Source: an uncultured delta proteobacterium
Lineage (GTDB): Bacteria; Myxococcota_A; Polyangia; Polyangiales; Polyangiaceae
Assembly (NCBI GenBank): GCA_963696385.1
Contig: CAVOKF010000005.1
Location: 256,001-320,000, forward strand
Reading direction: 5' to 3'
DNA length: 64,000 nucleotides
A program made the position numbers and the translations under genes. Each line of letters starts with the position of its first letter. The first letter of the stretch is position 1. This document shows, in pieces, positions 1-9,757 of the stretch. The notes under the pieces are model-generated. The model had not been told where the DNA came from. It ran no database searches and saw only the letters and a list, made by a program, of their open reading frames with translations.

Positions 1-1
1 C

Positions 2-1048
2 GATGACGCAAAAAGCCGGTACGTCGCGATCGTGGCGCGCCGGCCGCTCTCCTACCCGATGCTCGCGGCCTTCGCACGTTTGAGTGCGATGGACGATGCG
101 CTTGCCCGCGCGACGCTCGAGGAAGCTGTGCGGGGCGAGCCAGCCGGTCCTTTCCTCACCAGGAGGCATCCTGAGTTTGAGACGCCGGCGTTTGAGCGCT
201 TCAGGCGCCTCTTGGAAGTCGGCGAGATCGACGCCGCACGGCAGCTGGCGACCGCATCGGCCTTGTTGTCCGATTACGCAGATTCCGAAGTCGTATGGAC
301 ACTGGCTTGGCTATACAATCGTGCGGGTGCGCCCGATGTTGGCCACGCCTTCTCCCGAGCCCGCCTCGGCGACTACCGGAGCCACTGGCCTGCGGGACGT
401 TGGCGCCTTCCGTGGGAGATCGCCTTTCCCCGTCCGTGGGAGGCGGTCGTTCAGCGCGAGAGCGAATCCGCCGGCGTTCCAGGTCCCCTCACGTGGGCGA
501 TCATGCGTGAGGAATCCGCGTTCAACCCGGCTGCTCGCAGTGTCGCGAACGCGGTCGGCTTGATGCAATTGATGAGCTCGACGGCTGCCAAGGTCGCGCA
601 GGGGACCCTATTTGCGTCGGACGACTCGTCGCTTTTGCGTCCCGATGTCTCGATTGCTCTTGGCACGCGTCTTTTGTCGCAGCTTCGCAAATCGTATCCG
701 AATCGCCCGGAACTTGCGGTCGCCGCCTACAACGGCGGCGCCGTCGCGGTCCGCCGTTGGCTCACCGAACGCCGGACTGATGATGTCGACCTCTTCATCG
801 AGCGCATTCCGTTCGACGAAACCCGAAATTACGTGAAGCGTGTGCTGGCCAGTCAGGCGGCGTACGCGTACCTGTATGCGCCGAAATCACTGGACGAGCT
901 GATCACGATGTTCAAAGGCTCCGAGAGCGAGTTGGCTGCGGCGAATGCGTCAGCGGCGGCGATGGATCCGCCGATCATGGCGCCGGCTTCGCCGGCGCTC
1001 GCAGCAGTCCGAGCTCGAGCATCGATGCCGACCGGCGCCGTGCGATGA
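2..1048 (+). CDS. Soluble lytic transglycosylase (Slt family), 5'-truncated by the window edge
   Basis: Frame is open from base 2. SLT motifs MREESAFNP, GLMQLM, AAYNGG and ETRNYVKRV follow a helical/TPR-like region. Confidence 0.9.
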   Translation, partial: DDAKSRYVAIVARRPLSYPMLAAFARLSAMDDALARATLEEAVRGEPAGPFLTRRHPEFETPAFERFRRLLEVGEIDAARQLATASALLSDYADSEVVWTLAWLYNRAGAPDVGHAFSRARLGDYRSHWPAGRWRLPWEIAFPRPWEAVVQRESESAGVPGPLTWAIMREESAFNPAARSVANAVGLMQLMSSTAAKVAQGTLFASDDSSLLRPDVSIALGTRLLSQLRKSYPNRPELAVAAYNGGAVAVRRWLTERRTDDVDLFIERIPFDETRNYVKRVLASQAAYAYLYAPKSLDELITMFKGSESELAAANASAAAMDPPIMAPASPALAAVRARASMPTGAVR

Positions 1049-1676
1049 CCACGTGATCGAGCAACGGCGTTCCTACGACGCTCCCGGCTTCCCTCACTGT
1101 GCGCGTGAAGGCGATGTCTTCGTCGCTCGGCGTCGGATCACCGCTTGGATGATTGTGCACCAGCACGAATGCGGTTGCAGCTTCGCGTATCGCGATTCGA
1201 AGCGGATCCCGGGCGCCCACGTGGATCCCGTGAATGCCGCCGGCAGCGACGCGTCGAACAGCCCGCAGGCCGTGGCGTCCGTCGAGTGCGAGCAGCCAGA
1301 GCTCTTCGTGATCGAGCGTCGCGAGACGTGGGCGAGCCCATTCCTCGACCGCCCTCCGATCAGGCACGCGCTGGAGCGACTCGATCGATGCCGCGAAGGC
1401 GGCGCGCCGCCCGAGCTCAATGGCGGCTCCAAGGCGAGCCGCCTTCGCGATGCCGACCCCTGCCCGTTGGGCCAACTCTCCCAGGCCGGCACGTGCCAGC
1501 CCGGCGACGCCCCCGTGTTCTTCCAGCAGCATCGCTGCAAGCAGGCCAACGGGCAGCCCGGGACAGCCCGTTCCGACGACGATGGCCACGAGCTCGGCGT
1601 CGCCGAGGTGCTCGACGCCCACGACTGCTGCGCGTTCGCGCGGTCCGATTGGCGTGTTGGAGAGGGCCATGCTCAT
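975..1676 (-). CDS. radC: RadC family JAB/MPN domain protein
   Basis: N-terminal PRER...LGDAELVAIVVGTG, HhH-like GVGIAKA, JAB motif E...HNHPSGDPTPSDED, and LLDHVVI. Confidence 0.93.
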   Translation of the reverse strand: MSMALSNTPIGPRERAAVVGVEHLGDAELVAIVVGTGCPGLPVGLLAAMLLEEHGGVAGLARAGLGELAQRAGVGIAKAARLGAAIELGRRAAFAASIESLQRVPDRRAVEEWARPRLATLDHEELWLLALDGRHGLRAVRRVAAGGIHGIHVGARDPLRIAIREAATAFVLVHNHPSGDPTPSDEDIAFTRTVREAGSVVGTPLLDHVVIARRRSASMLELGLLRAPAKPAP

Positions 1677-1780
1677 GCGCCCTCGCGTTCAAGGAGCGTG
1701 CCGTCCGATCTGCGCCGGGTGAATCGGATCGGATCCGCCGTCCAGGACATGTCCGGATCGTCGTATGACGCCGTCTAGGT

Positions 1781-3847
1781 CTAGGGACTTTGCACGTCGC
1801 GCACGACCGCATTTCCCGCCGCGTCGAACGCGCGTACGGCAACGACGTGGGGGCCCCCAACTGCCGATGCCATCAGCGGAGTGAGATCGAAGTCGATCGT
1901 CTCGTCGGCCGTATCGAAGATGCCGTCGATCGGCGCGATCGGTCGCCATTCCGGACGGCCGTCGAGCCCAATTTCGACTCGCGCGATGGGGCCGAGCCCG
2001 TCGACCACCTCGGCGCGCAGTCGCCGTCCTTGGACCGCGATCGTCTTGAAGACGGGTGGGGTATTGTCCACGAGGATCGGGGGGCTCTCGAGTGCAAAGT
2101 GCGTCGCGTCCGCAGGCGGGTTGGCGATCTCGTCACTCGCATCGACCCGAACGCGGTACTTTCCTTCGGGCAAGCCGATCGTATCCCAGTCGAGCTCCGG
2201 CTTGGTCAGCACGACGTCACGTGGCAGGGCGTCGAACCAGCGCGGCGAAGCTTCCTCGCGGAACTGGACTCGATATCGGAGCTCGTCGTTGTCGGGGTTG
2301 TCGACCTTCCAAACTACATGGATGACGCTGTCGTGTCTCGGCGGCTCGCTACCGCTCGCGGGAATCGACTCCTTCGAAGGTGCGCCTCGGTCTCGGGCGC
2401 TGACCTCCGTGACTACGGCTCGTAGGTTTTGGGTAATGAATGCGAGTGTGATGTCCGAGATCGTGGCCGCGGCGTCCTTCAGGCGCGCGCGCACTTGGAC
2501 GAGGCGTCCTGGGGGGCTCGGCATCGCACCCCCCTCGGCAATTGGGACGCTCCAGGCACTCCACGTTGCGTCGGGCGTTAGTGTGTCGCCCGAGCGCGTA
2601 GAGACCTCGACCAGTCCCGTGCCTCGCCACGTCAGATGGCCGAAGCGTGCTCGTAGGCCCGCGTCGAGGGGCTTGCTCGTCCACACGGAATCGGGTCCTC
2701 CGATGGACACGATGCGATGGTAGACGGCCGGATCGCTGCCAATGATGAATCGGGTGCGGCCCCAAAGGCCCATTGCGCCAATCTGCCGCTCGGTCGTATC
2801 GGCGACGAGCGAAACGGCATGGGTCTCGTCGACCGTATAGACTCGACCCTCGGCGCCGGTGCCGACGAAGGGTGCCCCGCGCGCATCGACGACGAGCGAC
2901 AAATAGTGAAACTCGTCGTGATGCATCAGGCGCTCGGGACGCCCCTGGGCGTCAAAGCGCCACAACGAGCCCTTTCCGAGCTTCGCGTGGGCCACTGTGG
3001 ACGGCCCCGGCGGGTTACGACTGCTGGCGGCGTGTCCATGGGAAGCTGCATCGGAGTTTTCGCTCGCCGGGCCGCTCGGCTCCTCGTTCGCTATCGCGTA
3101 AACGGCCCCGCCGGGGCCTTTGGCGATCGCGTGTACGTCGCCCCCCCGGAAGTCTGAGAGAACCGTCGCGCGCCCGGGCGCAGTGATGCGGTAGAGTAAC
3201 GCCTTACCGCTCGTTCCAGCGTAGACGGCGCCATCGTCCCCGACCGCCAGGGACACGACGAACGGGTCGCTCGTTTTGAAGTAGATGCTCGATGTTCTAT
3301 CGGATGCTACCCGCACGACCGCGCCATCCGAGCCGGTGCCCGCGAAGAGACCGCCGGCCGCATCGGTTGCTAGCGAGAAGACTGCGTCCACGCCGGGGAG
3401 CGTCGCGTAAATTTCGGCCTTGCCATCGGAGACGCGGTAAATCCGCCCGCTGGTTGTCGCCGCGTAGATGACTCCGGCCCGGTCGCTCGCGAGCGCGTTG
3501 ACGGCGCTTTCCTTGGTGTCAGCGAAAACGGTTGCTCCATCGTTGGCAATCCGAACGATCTTGCCGCCCGACGTCGGCCCCGTGCCGACGAGCACGGTGC
3601 CGTCGGTCATCGTCATGGCGCATGTTGCGGTCGTGCCAGCATCGGTTGGCAGCGGGATCGCGCCGAGCGTCCACCCGGCCCGAACCACGCCGTCGGACCC
3701 GATGCTCGCGCCTTGCACGTCGCCGCCCGAGAGTTTGTCGAGCGAGTCCAGCTCGAAGGTTCGCGTACCGACGGCCGAAGCGTTGTCGGTCGCGAGCAGG
3801 CTGGCCGCGGCCATCGCTCCGACGGCGAAACACCCGGTAAGGCGCAT
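1781..3847 (-). CDS. Secreted beta-propeller (WD40-like) protein with C-terminal FN3/Ig-like domains
   Basis: Signal peptide (ASA-VG). Repeated blades such as VNALASDRAGVIYAAT, VFSLATDAAGGLFAGTG and VVSLAVGDDGAVYAGTS. FN3-like WKVDNPDNDELRY...GKYRVRVDASD. Confidence 0.75.
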   Translation of the reverse strand: MRLTGCFAVGAMAAASLLATDNASAVGTRTFELDSLDKLSGGDVQGASIGSDGVVRAGWTLGAIPLPTDAGTTATCAMTMTDGTVLVGTGPTSGGKIVRIANDGATVFADTKESAVNALASDRAGVIYAATTSGRIYRVSDGKAEIYATLPGVDAVFSLATDAAGGLFAGTGSDGAVVRVASDRTSSIYFKTSDPFVVSLAVGDDGAVYAGTSGKALLYRITAPGRATVLSDFRGGDVHAIAKGPGGAVYAIANEEPSGPASENSDAASHGHAASSRNPPGPSTVAHAKLGKGSLWRFDAQGRPERLMHHDEFHYLSLVVDARGAPFVGTGAEGRVYTVDETHAVSLVADTTERQIGAMGLWGRTRFIIGSDPAVYHRIVSIGGPDSVWTSKPLDAGLRARFGHLTWRGTGLVEVSTRSGDTLTPDATWSAWSVPIAEGGAMPSPPGRLVQVRARLKDAAATISDITLAFITQNLRAVVTEVSARDRGAPSKESIPASGSEPPRHDSVIHVVWKVDNPDNDELRYRVQFREEASPRWFDALPRDVVLTKPELDWDTIGLPEGKYRVRVDASDEIANPPADATHFALESPPILVDNTPPVFKTIAVQGRRLRAEVVDGLGPIARVEIGLDGRPEWRPIAPIDGIFDTADETIDFDLTPLMASAVGGPHVVAVRAFDAAGNAVVRDVQSP

Positions 3848-4037
3848 TGGGCCCTCTTACACTGCTTCGAGGGGCGAAGCGAAGCGACTCACTTCAGGGC
3901 AGGCCGTCACCGCAGTGCGGGCAGAAACGACTATTGGGTTGAATCCCGTTACCGCACGCGGGGCAGTCGGCCTTGGTTTCGTTGCCGCATTGCGGACAAT
4001 CTTCGTAGTTCTGAACGAATCAGCGCCATCCCGTTTT

Positions 4038-5009
4038 TCACGGCTCGGTCGGATCGGCGCAGCAGCGAAACCCGGTCGAATAGTCGTGGTACGTGAACTC
4101 GTGCGCGACGGTCCGGTAGGAGCAGCCGTCGCCATTCAGGTGGGTATCGAGGTAGTAGCCCCCCTGGAACGTGCCGTTCGGATCGCTCGTCCACTCGTGC
4201 AGGTTGCCGACCATATCGTAAACCCCGTACTCGTTCGTACACTCGTCGTGCGAACCGGTGGGGGCGAGCGTCGCCTCGAGCTGGTTGAGTCGGGGGTCGT
4301 TCATCTCGGTCATTCCGACGAGACTCCAGGACTTGGAGACCTGAGGATAAAGGCGCATCATTGGGCTCTTGCCTCGATCGTTGCATCGGCCGGCCACCCG
4401 CTCGTTGCCATAGCCGAACTTTTGCTTCCGCGGTCCCATACACGCTTTTCGCCACTCGACCGGCGCGCACAGCCGTTTGCCGGCGGCAGCGCACGTCTGC
4501 GCGGCTTGCGAGCCACTGATGTACGCTTGAGGGATGACGTTTGCCCGGCTCACAGCCCGCAGCACATGACCTTCTTGCAGTGGGCCATAAGGAAGCCACG
4601 ATTGCTCGCTGCCATTTGGAAGAACCTCGACGAGCGAGGCTTCCCACCGATCGACGCAGAAGCGGTCATCGACATTTGCCATGTCAGCCGGGCAGCTGGC
4701 GCCCGTGGTTGCTGCCCGGATCTCCCCTTCCAATACTCGGAACGTGCCCGTTCGCCGGGTCGCCTTGGTCGACAAATGCGCGGGGGCTCCGACTTCCTCG
4801 AAATGCGACGCGATATGCACGGTCCCTCGCCCCGCCATTTGCGCGGAAACGGGCCCGGTATCGTTTGCCCGGGCGTCATCGGTCGCCGAGACGGCGATTG
4901 AAAGACCAGCCAGGGCGGGCGGGAGTAACGCGATCAGTCGACGCAAGGTATCCTGACGCGTAACAGACTTCGCAGCGGCCTGGAACCCCGGTTGAGATGG
5001 GCTCGCCAA
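4038..5009 (-). CDS. SUMF1/FGE-sulfatase (formylglycine-generating enzyme fold) domain protein, secreted
   Basis: CPADM..VDDRFCVDRWE, GKRLC..EW, YGVYDMVGNLHEW and GFRCC motifs. Start codon uncertain. Confidence 0.85.
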   Translation of the reverse strand: MASPSQPGFQAAAKSVTRQDTLRRLIALLPPALAGLSIAVSATDDARANDTGPVSAQMAGRGTVHIASHFEEVGAPAHLSTKATRRTGTFRVLEGEIRAATTGASCPADMANVDDRFCVDRWEASLVEVLPNGSEQSWLPYGPLQEGHVLRAVSRANVIPQAYISGSQAAQTCAAAGKRLCAPVEWRKACMGPRKQKFGYGNERVAGRCNDRGKSPMMRLYPQVSKSWSLVGMTEMNDPRLNQLEATLAPTGSHDECTNEYGVYDMVGNLHEWTSDPNGTFQGGYYLDTHLNGDGCSYRTVAHEFTYHDYSTGFRCCADPTEP

Positions 5010-5182
5010 TTGAGTCGTACCTTTGGCTTCCTTGGACCGCCCGACCGCTTGTCTGGGGCCGTCGCGTTTCCGGCAAGGAGGGGCCTTCGTGTTCGGCCTC
5101 TTCCGCGTGCTGACTCAATGACCGCTTGCGCGTGCCATGCGGCCGAGCGTGGCGGCCGGAACGTCCGCAGCAAGGTTGCGCG

Positions 5183-7054
5183 TCAACGCAGAACGCTACG
5201 GACTTTTACTTTCACCTTGTCGCGACCGTCGACGTACATGTCGAGCGGAAATATGGTGCGCGACCAGCTCTGAAACGTGTCGGGTCCCGTGTCGCTGCTT
5301 TGGGGCCGCAACGCGTCGAGTATGAATGTCGGGAGGCGCTGGGTCACGTGACCGTGGTACGCGATTCCCTGCGACGATACACGAAATTGCACGACGATAG
5401 CCCGAGGCGTTACGGTTTGCCGGGGTTCGTTCGCGAGGAGCTCGTTTAGATTTTCGGGCGCCGCCAGTTCCGGTACGACGTCGTACCCGGGTACGATTTC
5501 GAGTTCGACGTCCTTACCTGCGAGCTCTTGCGGCATGGCCACGTCGACGACGGGCATCAGCTCGGGTCCATCGTCGGGCGCGAGATGCAAGCGCAAGCGC
5601 GCTCTGGCGCCGGCGTCCACCACCGGGTCGAGCACCTCGACGCCGCGCAACTTCCACAAGTCGTGTGCGTACTTGACCTCAAATCGAGCGCGCACACCGT
5701 CGATGCGAACATGCTCCCAGGGGTTATTGAGCACGTCCCCGATCGTATTGACGAGCTTCGAGTGCATCCATTCGGACGAGTCCGGTGAGCCGCCGCTCGA
5801 GAGGCCGACGTCCTCGAGTTCGACCGTTCCGTGGCCCGCGACAGTTACCCGCGACGTAAGCTTCCAGGTCAAGTCGCGGCGTTCGCTTGCGGTCGCTTCG
5901 ATAACCAATCCGACAACGACCGAGGCAAGGCTCGGGGCCAGGAACTTGTCGTCGGTGAGTTCGGCGTGCCAATGCGTGCGAGGCGCTCCCGCTACCCCGT
6001 CGATGTCGATATCGATGGGGACGACCGGGGCCGTGACCCTCTCATCCACCACGATGGCGGCCTGCCGGTCTTGCACCAGTGTTCCGAGGGGCCGCGCGCA
6101 CTCCCCGACCTTGTGCGAGGCCTGGGCGCTCGCGTTGACCCAGAGGACGCGCCCGATGCACGCGGGGATCGCCTCATCGCCGCCGTTGAGCATGGGGTGC
6201 CCGAAACCGGCCAATTTGCCGGTGCCGTCCACGAACGTGGCCGTTCCAAGGCCCATCATCGAGACATCGCCGCGAGCGAGCTCAACGCCGAGCCCGCCGC
6301 CGTTGACGAAATGCGTTGGCGCGTCCGGATCCGAGCTCGTTCCCCCGCCTCCTTCGAGTGGCTCGAGGCCAAGCGGCTCCAAGAGCGCTCGGAGCGCGCT
6401 CGCGGCGCGGTCGCCAACGCCTGCCATCATGAGCGGCGTCGCCGCCGGCACCAGTCCGCGCGCCGGATCCGGCCGTGCCCCCATTCGATGGGCAAGCTGA
6501 CGGGCGTGCTCCAGCAGGTCGTAGTGTCCTGGCGGCCCCTCGAACGTCGTCATGGAGGCGTGCGCCCGTCGAGCCGGAGGCGGCGATGCCCCCGGCAGGG
6601 GACTTCCACCCTGAAGAGGCCAAAATCCTGGCGGGACTGGCCGGTGAAGTTCAGTGAGCATGAGGTCGATCGGGGTCACCCCGGCAACCGGTTCGACCTC
6701 GAACGACGACAGGCTATACGAGTAAGCGCCGGCCAAGCGCCCATCGAGGTAGATGGGACTGCCGCTCATGCCGCGGACCGTCTTGAGAACGTCGAGTCGC
6801 GGATCCGGCGTCTTTATGACGATGAGCTCCTGGCCTGGACGAAAGTGACTGAGGACACCGATCACTTCAACGGCGAAGCGCTCCGGCTGAGTCCCCTTGA
6901 AGACGGTCAGTCCATAGCCCTTCATGCCATCCCGGATTTCAGCAACGGAGATCGTAACGGGTTTCGCGTCGCCTCGCGCCAATGGCATGATGGCCCCGAC
7001 CGCAACCACGACTCCAGTTGCCAGGGCAAAAAGCACGGCCGACGGATTTCGCAC
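5183..7054 (-). CDS. SpoIVB peptidase S55 domain protein (secreted, circularly permuted)
   Basis: GMSGSPIY serine motif and GTATF...GFGHP histidine motif. Start placed at GTG 7054, ahead of a hydrophobic signal segment (uncertain). Confidence 0.8.
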   Translation of the reverse strand: MRNPSAVLFALATGVVVAVGAIMPLARGDAKPVTISVAEIRDGMKGYGLTVFKGTQPERFAVEVIGVLSHFRPGQELIVIKTPDPRLDVLKTVRGMSGSPIYLDGRLAGAYSYSLSSFEVEPVAGVTPIDLMLTELHRPVPPGFWPLQGGSPLPGASPPPARRAHASMTTFEGPPGHYDLLEHARQLAHRMGARPDPARGLVPAATPLMMAGVGDRAASALRALLEPLGLEPLEGGGGTSSDPDAPTHFVNGGGLGVELARGDVSMMGLGTATFVDGTGKLAGFGHPMLNGGDEAIPACIGRVLWVNASAQASHKVGECARPLGTLVQDRQAAIVVDERVTAPVVPIDIDIDGVAGAPRTHWHAELTDDKFLAPSLASVVVGLVIEATASERRDLTWKLTSRVTVAGHGTVELEDVGLSSGGSPDSSEWMHSKLVNTIGDVLNNPWEHVRIDGVRARFEVKYAHDLWKLRGVEVLDPVVDAGARARLRLHLAPDDGPELMPVVDVAMPQELAGKDVELEIVPGYDVVPELAAPENLNELLANEPRQTVTPRAIVVQFRVSSQGIAYHGHVTQRLPTFILDALRPQSSDTGPDTFQSWSRTIFPLDMYVDGRDKVKVKVRSVLR

Positions 7055-7349
7055 GGCGTAGAGCTTCGCCCGCCGAGCCTGCGCGCGCAAACGTTCGCGT
7101 ACGGGTGTCCAGCCTTTTGCAGGTTGCGCCACGGTTCCGGCCGGGGACAATGTCCACAAGGGCTGAATGGTCTGCCTTGGGCTGGGCCTATGCGCGCCGC
7201 CGGGTGACTCGACAGGAAGCTTTCGGCATGCCGACCGGTTTGTCGTGCGGCCGCGTGGCTGGACCACGTGTCCCCCGGCGAACGATATGGCCCCGAAACG
7301 CCAATGCAATGCCCCAGCGCCGTCGACCGTTCACATTGAGGTAACGAGG

Positions 7350-8103
7350 ATGCGCGCGCCATTGTCAACGACCGAGGCACGTGCCTTTGAGCTGTCGATG
7401 CCCGAGCGCTATCGCACCATGTTTGGCGCGAGCGATGCGTCCGAACACGCCGCGATCGTCGCTCGCCGCAGGGACTCTGTGGCTCACGTTGAGGTCTGGC
7501 GGCCCCTTGCGAAGGGAGGTGCGCTCCTGTGTGTGGTGGCCGACGATCGGCCAGGACTTTTATCCTTCATCAGCGCCTCGCTCGTCGTGAGCGACATCGA
7601 CGTGGACTCGGCGCAGATTTATACGCGCATCGTTCCCGAGGGCGGGCACCGCGAGGCCGTGGACCTGCTCTGGGCCCGGCGCTCCGCGGGTGCGTCGCGC
7701 CCGGTGCTCACGGCGGACGTCGAGCGAGTCGCGAAAGTGCTGCGCAGCCTCGTAACGGGCCAGACGACGCTCGAGCAGGTCGTGCGTCAGGCGCGCCCGG
7801 CGCGTCCAGCGCCGCCGGGCGCTTCCACTCGCGTCACGTTCGACGAGAATCGTCGATGCGGAGCTGGGTGTGCTCACCGTCGAGACCTTCGACCGCCCGG
7901 GTCTCTTGCTCGCCATCGCCCGAGCGCTTTTCCGTGCACGTGTCCAGATTGTGGCTTCCGAGGCGACGACCCGAAACGGACGGGTCGTCGATCGCTTCAC
8001 CATCGCCGAGTTCGATGGGACGCCCATTCGGGCCGGGCGCCGTGGCGTCGTGCAGATGGAGGTTCTCGGCGCCATCGAGGCGTTGGGACAAGGACTGCGG
8101 TAG
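7350..8103 (+). CDS. Stand-alone tandem GlnD-type ACT domain protein, frameshifted near 7848-7852
   Basis: Two ACT motifs, VVADDRPGLLSFISASL and VETFDRPGLLLAIARAL...VVDRFTI, lie in frames offset by one base. Confidence 0.8.
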
Positions 8104-8118
8104 CTTCGGGGACCGACG

Positions 8119-8247
8119 TCAGCCCTTTTCCGAGCTCTTCCGCGGCGCGTCGGGGGCGCTAGGGGCGTAGCCAGCAACATGGACCGGGAAGGGGGGGGTG
8201 CCGAGACGGCGACGCTCGCGCTTGTTCCGCTTGCCGTTTGTCGTCAT
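8119..8247 (-). CDS. Candidate small basic protein (42 aa)
   Basis: ATG at 8247 gives MTTNGKRNKRERRRLGTPPFPVHVAGYAPSAPDAPRKSSEKG and fills an otherwise empty gap. Confidence 0.45.
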   Translation of the reverse strand: MTTNGKRNKRERRRLGTPPFPVHVAGYAPSAPDAPRKSSEKG

Positions 8248-8446
8248 CTTCCGCTTGCGAATGCGCTCGAACTGTTGACTCGAGGACACCATGGTGAAGC
8301 TTCTCCGAATTTCCTGAGCTCGGGTCCAACTGGCGGAGGAAGATGCCGGCACCCGGTTGGTTTGTCAACCGAGCCGCGGCAGCCTCGCTCCGGCGCCTTC
8401 GTGGCTCCTGGGGGCGCGGTCCGCTAAGAGTCCACCGACAATCGCC

Positions 8447-9757
8447 ATGGTCGATACGGCCTCCGTCACCGAGGAATTGAAATCCGCCCTCGCAACAGAG
8501 GAAGGGCCACGTCGTTGGGTGCGTCGGCTCACCGCAACGGGCGGGATGTCCATCGCGCTCGCGGTCGGTATCCTCTGGAGCGCCAAGCACCGACCTCCTC
8601 CACCCCCCCGATTCGTTTCGGCGGTCGTCGCCGTCGGCGACGTCATCGAGCGCGTCCAGGCCACGGGTACGGTGCAACCGCTTCTCCAGGTGAACGTCGG
8701 AGCGCAGGTCAATGGGCGCGTCACTCAGGTATTTGTCGATTACAACTCGATCGTTAAGAAAGGAGAGGTGCTCGCCGAGATCGACCCGCTCATTTACGGA
8801 ACCCAAGTGAGCGCGCAGGAGGCCAACCTCGCTTCCCAGAAGGCGCTGCTCCTGCAGGCCAGAGCAGCAGCAGCCGGCAATCGGGCGCAGCTCGCGTCGG
8901 CGAGGCTCGTGCTCGAGCGAACCCAGCGGCTCTTCGCGCAGAACCTCGCCAGCCACGCCGACCTTGACACGGCAAGCGGGAACTACAACACGGCAAGTGC
9001 CCAATACGACGCGGCCGAGGCGAATGTGCAGAGCCAGCAGGCATCGATTGCCGCTCAGACCGCTCAACTTCACCAGTCGACAGCCAACCTGAGTTACACG
9101 AAAATCTATTCGCCGGTCGACGGAATGGTCGTCACGCGAGGAATCGATCCCGGGGCGACGGTCGTTGCGAGTTTTCAGGCTCCAGTTCTGTTCGTAATAG
9201 CGCAGGACCTTCGACACATGCGCGTGCTCGCTGATGTCGACGAGGCGGACGTCGGAAAGATTGACGAGGGCATGGACGCCGACTGCGTGGTCGATGCATT
9301 CCCCGGCGACGTGTTTCACGGCACGCTGTCTCAGATTCGGTACAGCCCGAACAACGTCTCCGGTGTGGTGACCTATTCGGCCGTCGTGGACGTCGAGAAC
9401 CCCGAGGCAAAGCTTCGCCCGGGAATGACGACGACGATCACCGTGCACACGCATGAGGTCCATGGCGTGCCGCGCATTCCGAACGCCGCTCTTCGCTATC
9501 GCCCGACGCCGGCCAATGGGTCGGACGGCAAGCCGGTCGCGCAGGCTCCGGAGGTACCGCTCCTGAAGAATCAAGGACGTGTCTGGGTCCTTTCGAGCGA
9601 CCGTCCGGGCGAAGAGAATGACACGCCCCGGATCGTGTCGATTGGAATCACCGACGGTATGTACACGGAAGTGACCGATTCATCGCTCACTGTCGGGACT
9701 AGGGTCGTTACCGACGCGACTGACGTTGATGCGAAGAAGAACAAGAAGGCGTTCTGA
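8447..9757 (+). CDS. MacA-like periplasmic adaptor (membrane fusion protein)
   Basis: N-terminal TM, ATGTVQP...VGAQVNGRV...VKKGEVLAEID, coiled coil, IYSPVDGMVV, VDEADVG and LRPGMT. Confidence 0.92.
   Translation: MVDTASVTEELKSALATEEGPRRWVRRLTATGGMSIALAVGILWSAKHRPPPPPRFVSAVVAVGDVIERVQATGTVQPLLQVNVGAQVNGRVTQVFVDYNSIVKKGEVLAEIDPLIYGTQVSAQEANLASQKALLLQARAAAAGNRAQLASARLVLERTQRLFAQNLASHADLDTASGNYNTASAQYDAAEANVQSQQASIAAQTAQLHQSTANLSYTKIYSPVDGMVVTRGIDPGATVVASFQAPVLFVIAQDLRHMRVLADVDEADVGKIDEGMDADCVVDAFPGDVFHGTLSQIRYSPNNVSGVVTYSAVVDVENPEAKLRPGMTTTITVHTHEVHGVPRIPNAALRYRPTPANGSDGKPVAQAPEVPLLKNQGRVWVLSSDRPGEENDTPRIVSIGITDGMYTEVTDSSLTVGTRVVTDATDVDAKKNKKAF

Noticed and set aside
975..1676. radC as a marker of a mobile element or defence system (e.g. 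CBASS JAB)
   Set aside because: It is the full-length chromosomal type with an N-terminal HhH region, and no cyclase, E1/E2 or mobility genes are nearby.
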